A stretch of 63,617 bases of DNA, the filler included, from Octopus bimaculoides (Eukaryota), in the NCBI RefSeq assembly GCF_001194135.2. It is 3 parts of 3 records of this genome, joined end to end, with 100 filler letters (N's around TTAATTAATTAA, not from the genome) between each part and the next. Parts side by side here need not be neighbours in the genome. Positions count along the whole stretch, not along the records: positions 49,465 to 63,617 come from NC_068990.1; 2 more parts are not named here. The stretch is one strand, 5' to 3'. Positions within the stretch are counted from its first letter, which is position 1; each line of letters begins with the position of its first letter. Position numbers and translations under genes: made by a program. Under the pieces are notes generated by a model. That model ran no database searches and was not told the origin of the DNA. It was given only the letters and a program-made list of their open reading frames with translations. Positions 63,577 through 63,617 of this stretch are shown here, in pieces.

Positions 63577-63617
<41 letters not shown>

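Overview
AT-rich, microsatellite-dense and gapped eukaryotic DNA. The repeat families suggest an octopus or other coleoid cephalopod (inference). Only one host gene segment is confidently supported: the terminal coding exon of a TLC-domain protein (TLCD5/TMEM136-like, minus strand, 27433-27905). The rest is mostly transposon debris: a 5'-truncated RTE LINE and about a dozen short copies of its (GAT)n-tailed 3'UTR, at least five tRNA-headed SINE families, two decayed Tc1/mariner elements, R4/Dong-like and Penelope-like fragments, and several foldback MITEs. The most interesting signal is a set of minimal type I hammerhead-ribozyme motifs with palindromic stem III, the architecture known from Penelope-like elements, found in at least four unrelated small repeat families. 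One has an intact core (57869-57916). Two share a non-canonical CUGUUGA core (33213-33249, 48787-48822). One lies in the tail of a tRNA-headed SINE-like unit (15381-15424), and one is nested in a foldback element (59716-59758). Two truncated RTE-tail copies carry 5' inverted duplications consistent with self-priming of the cDNA. Two 100-nt gaps are artificial six-frame-stop spacers, so contiguity across 30537-30636 and 49365-49464 is uncertain. All calls were made by eye, without database searches.
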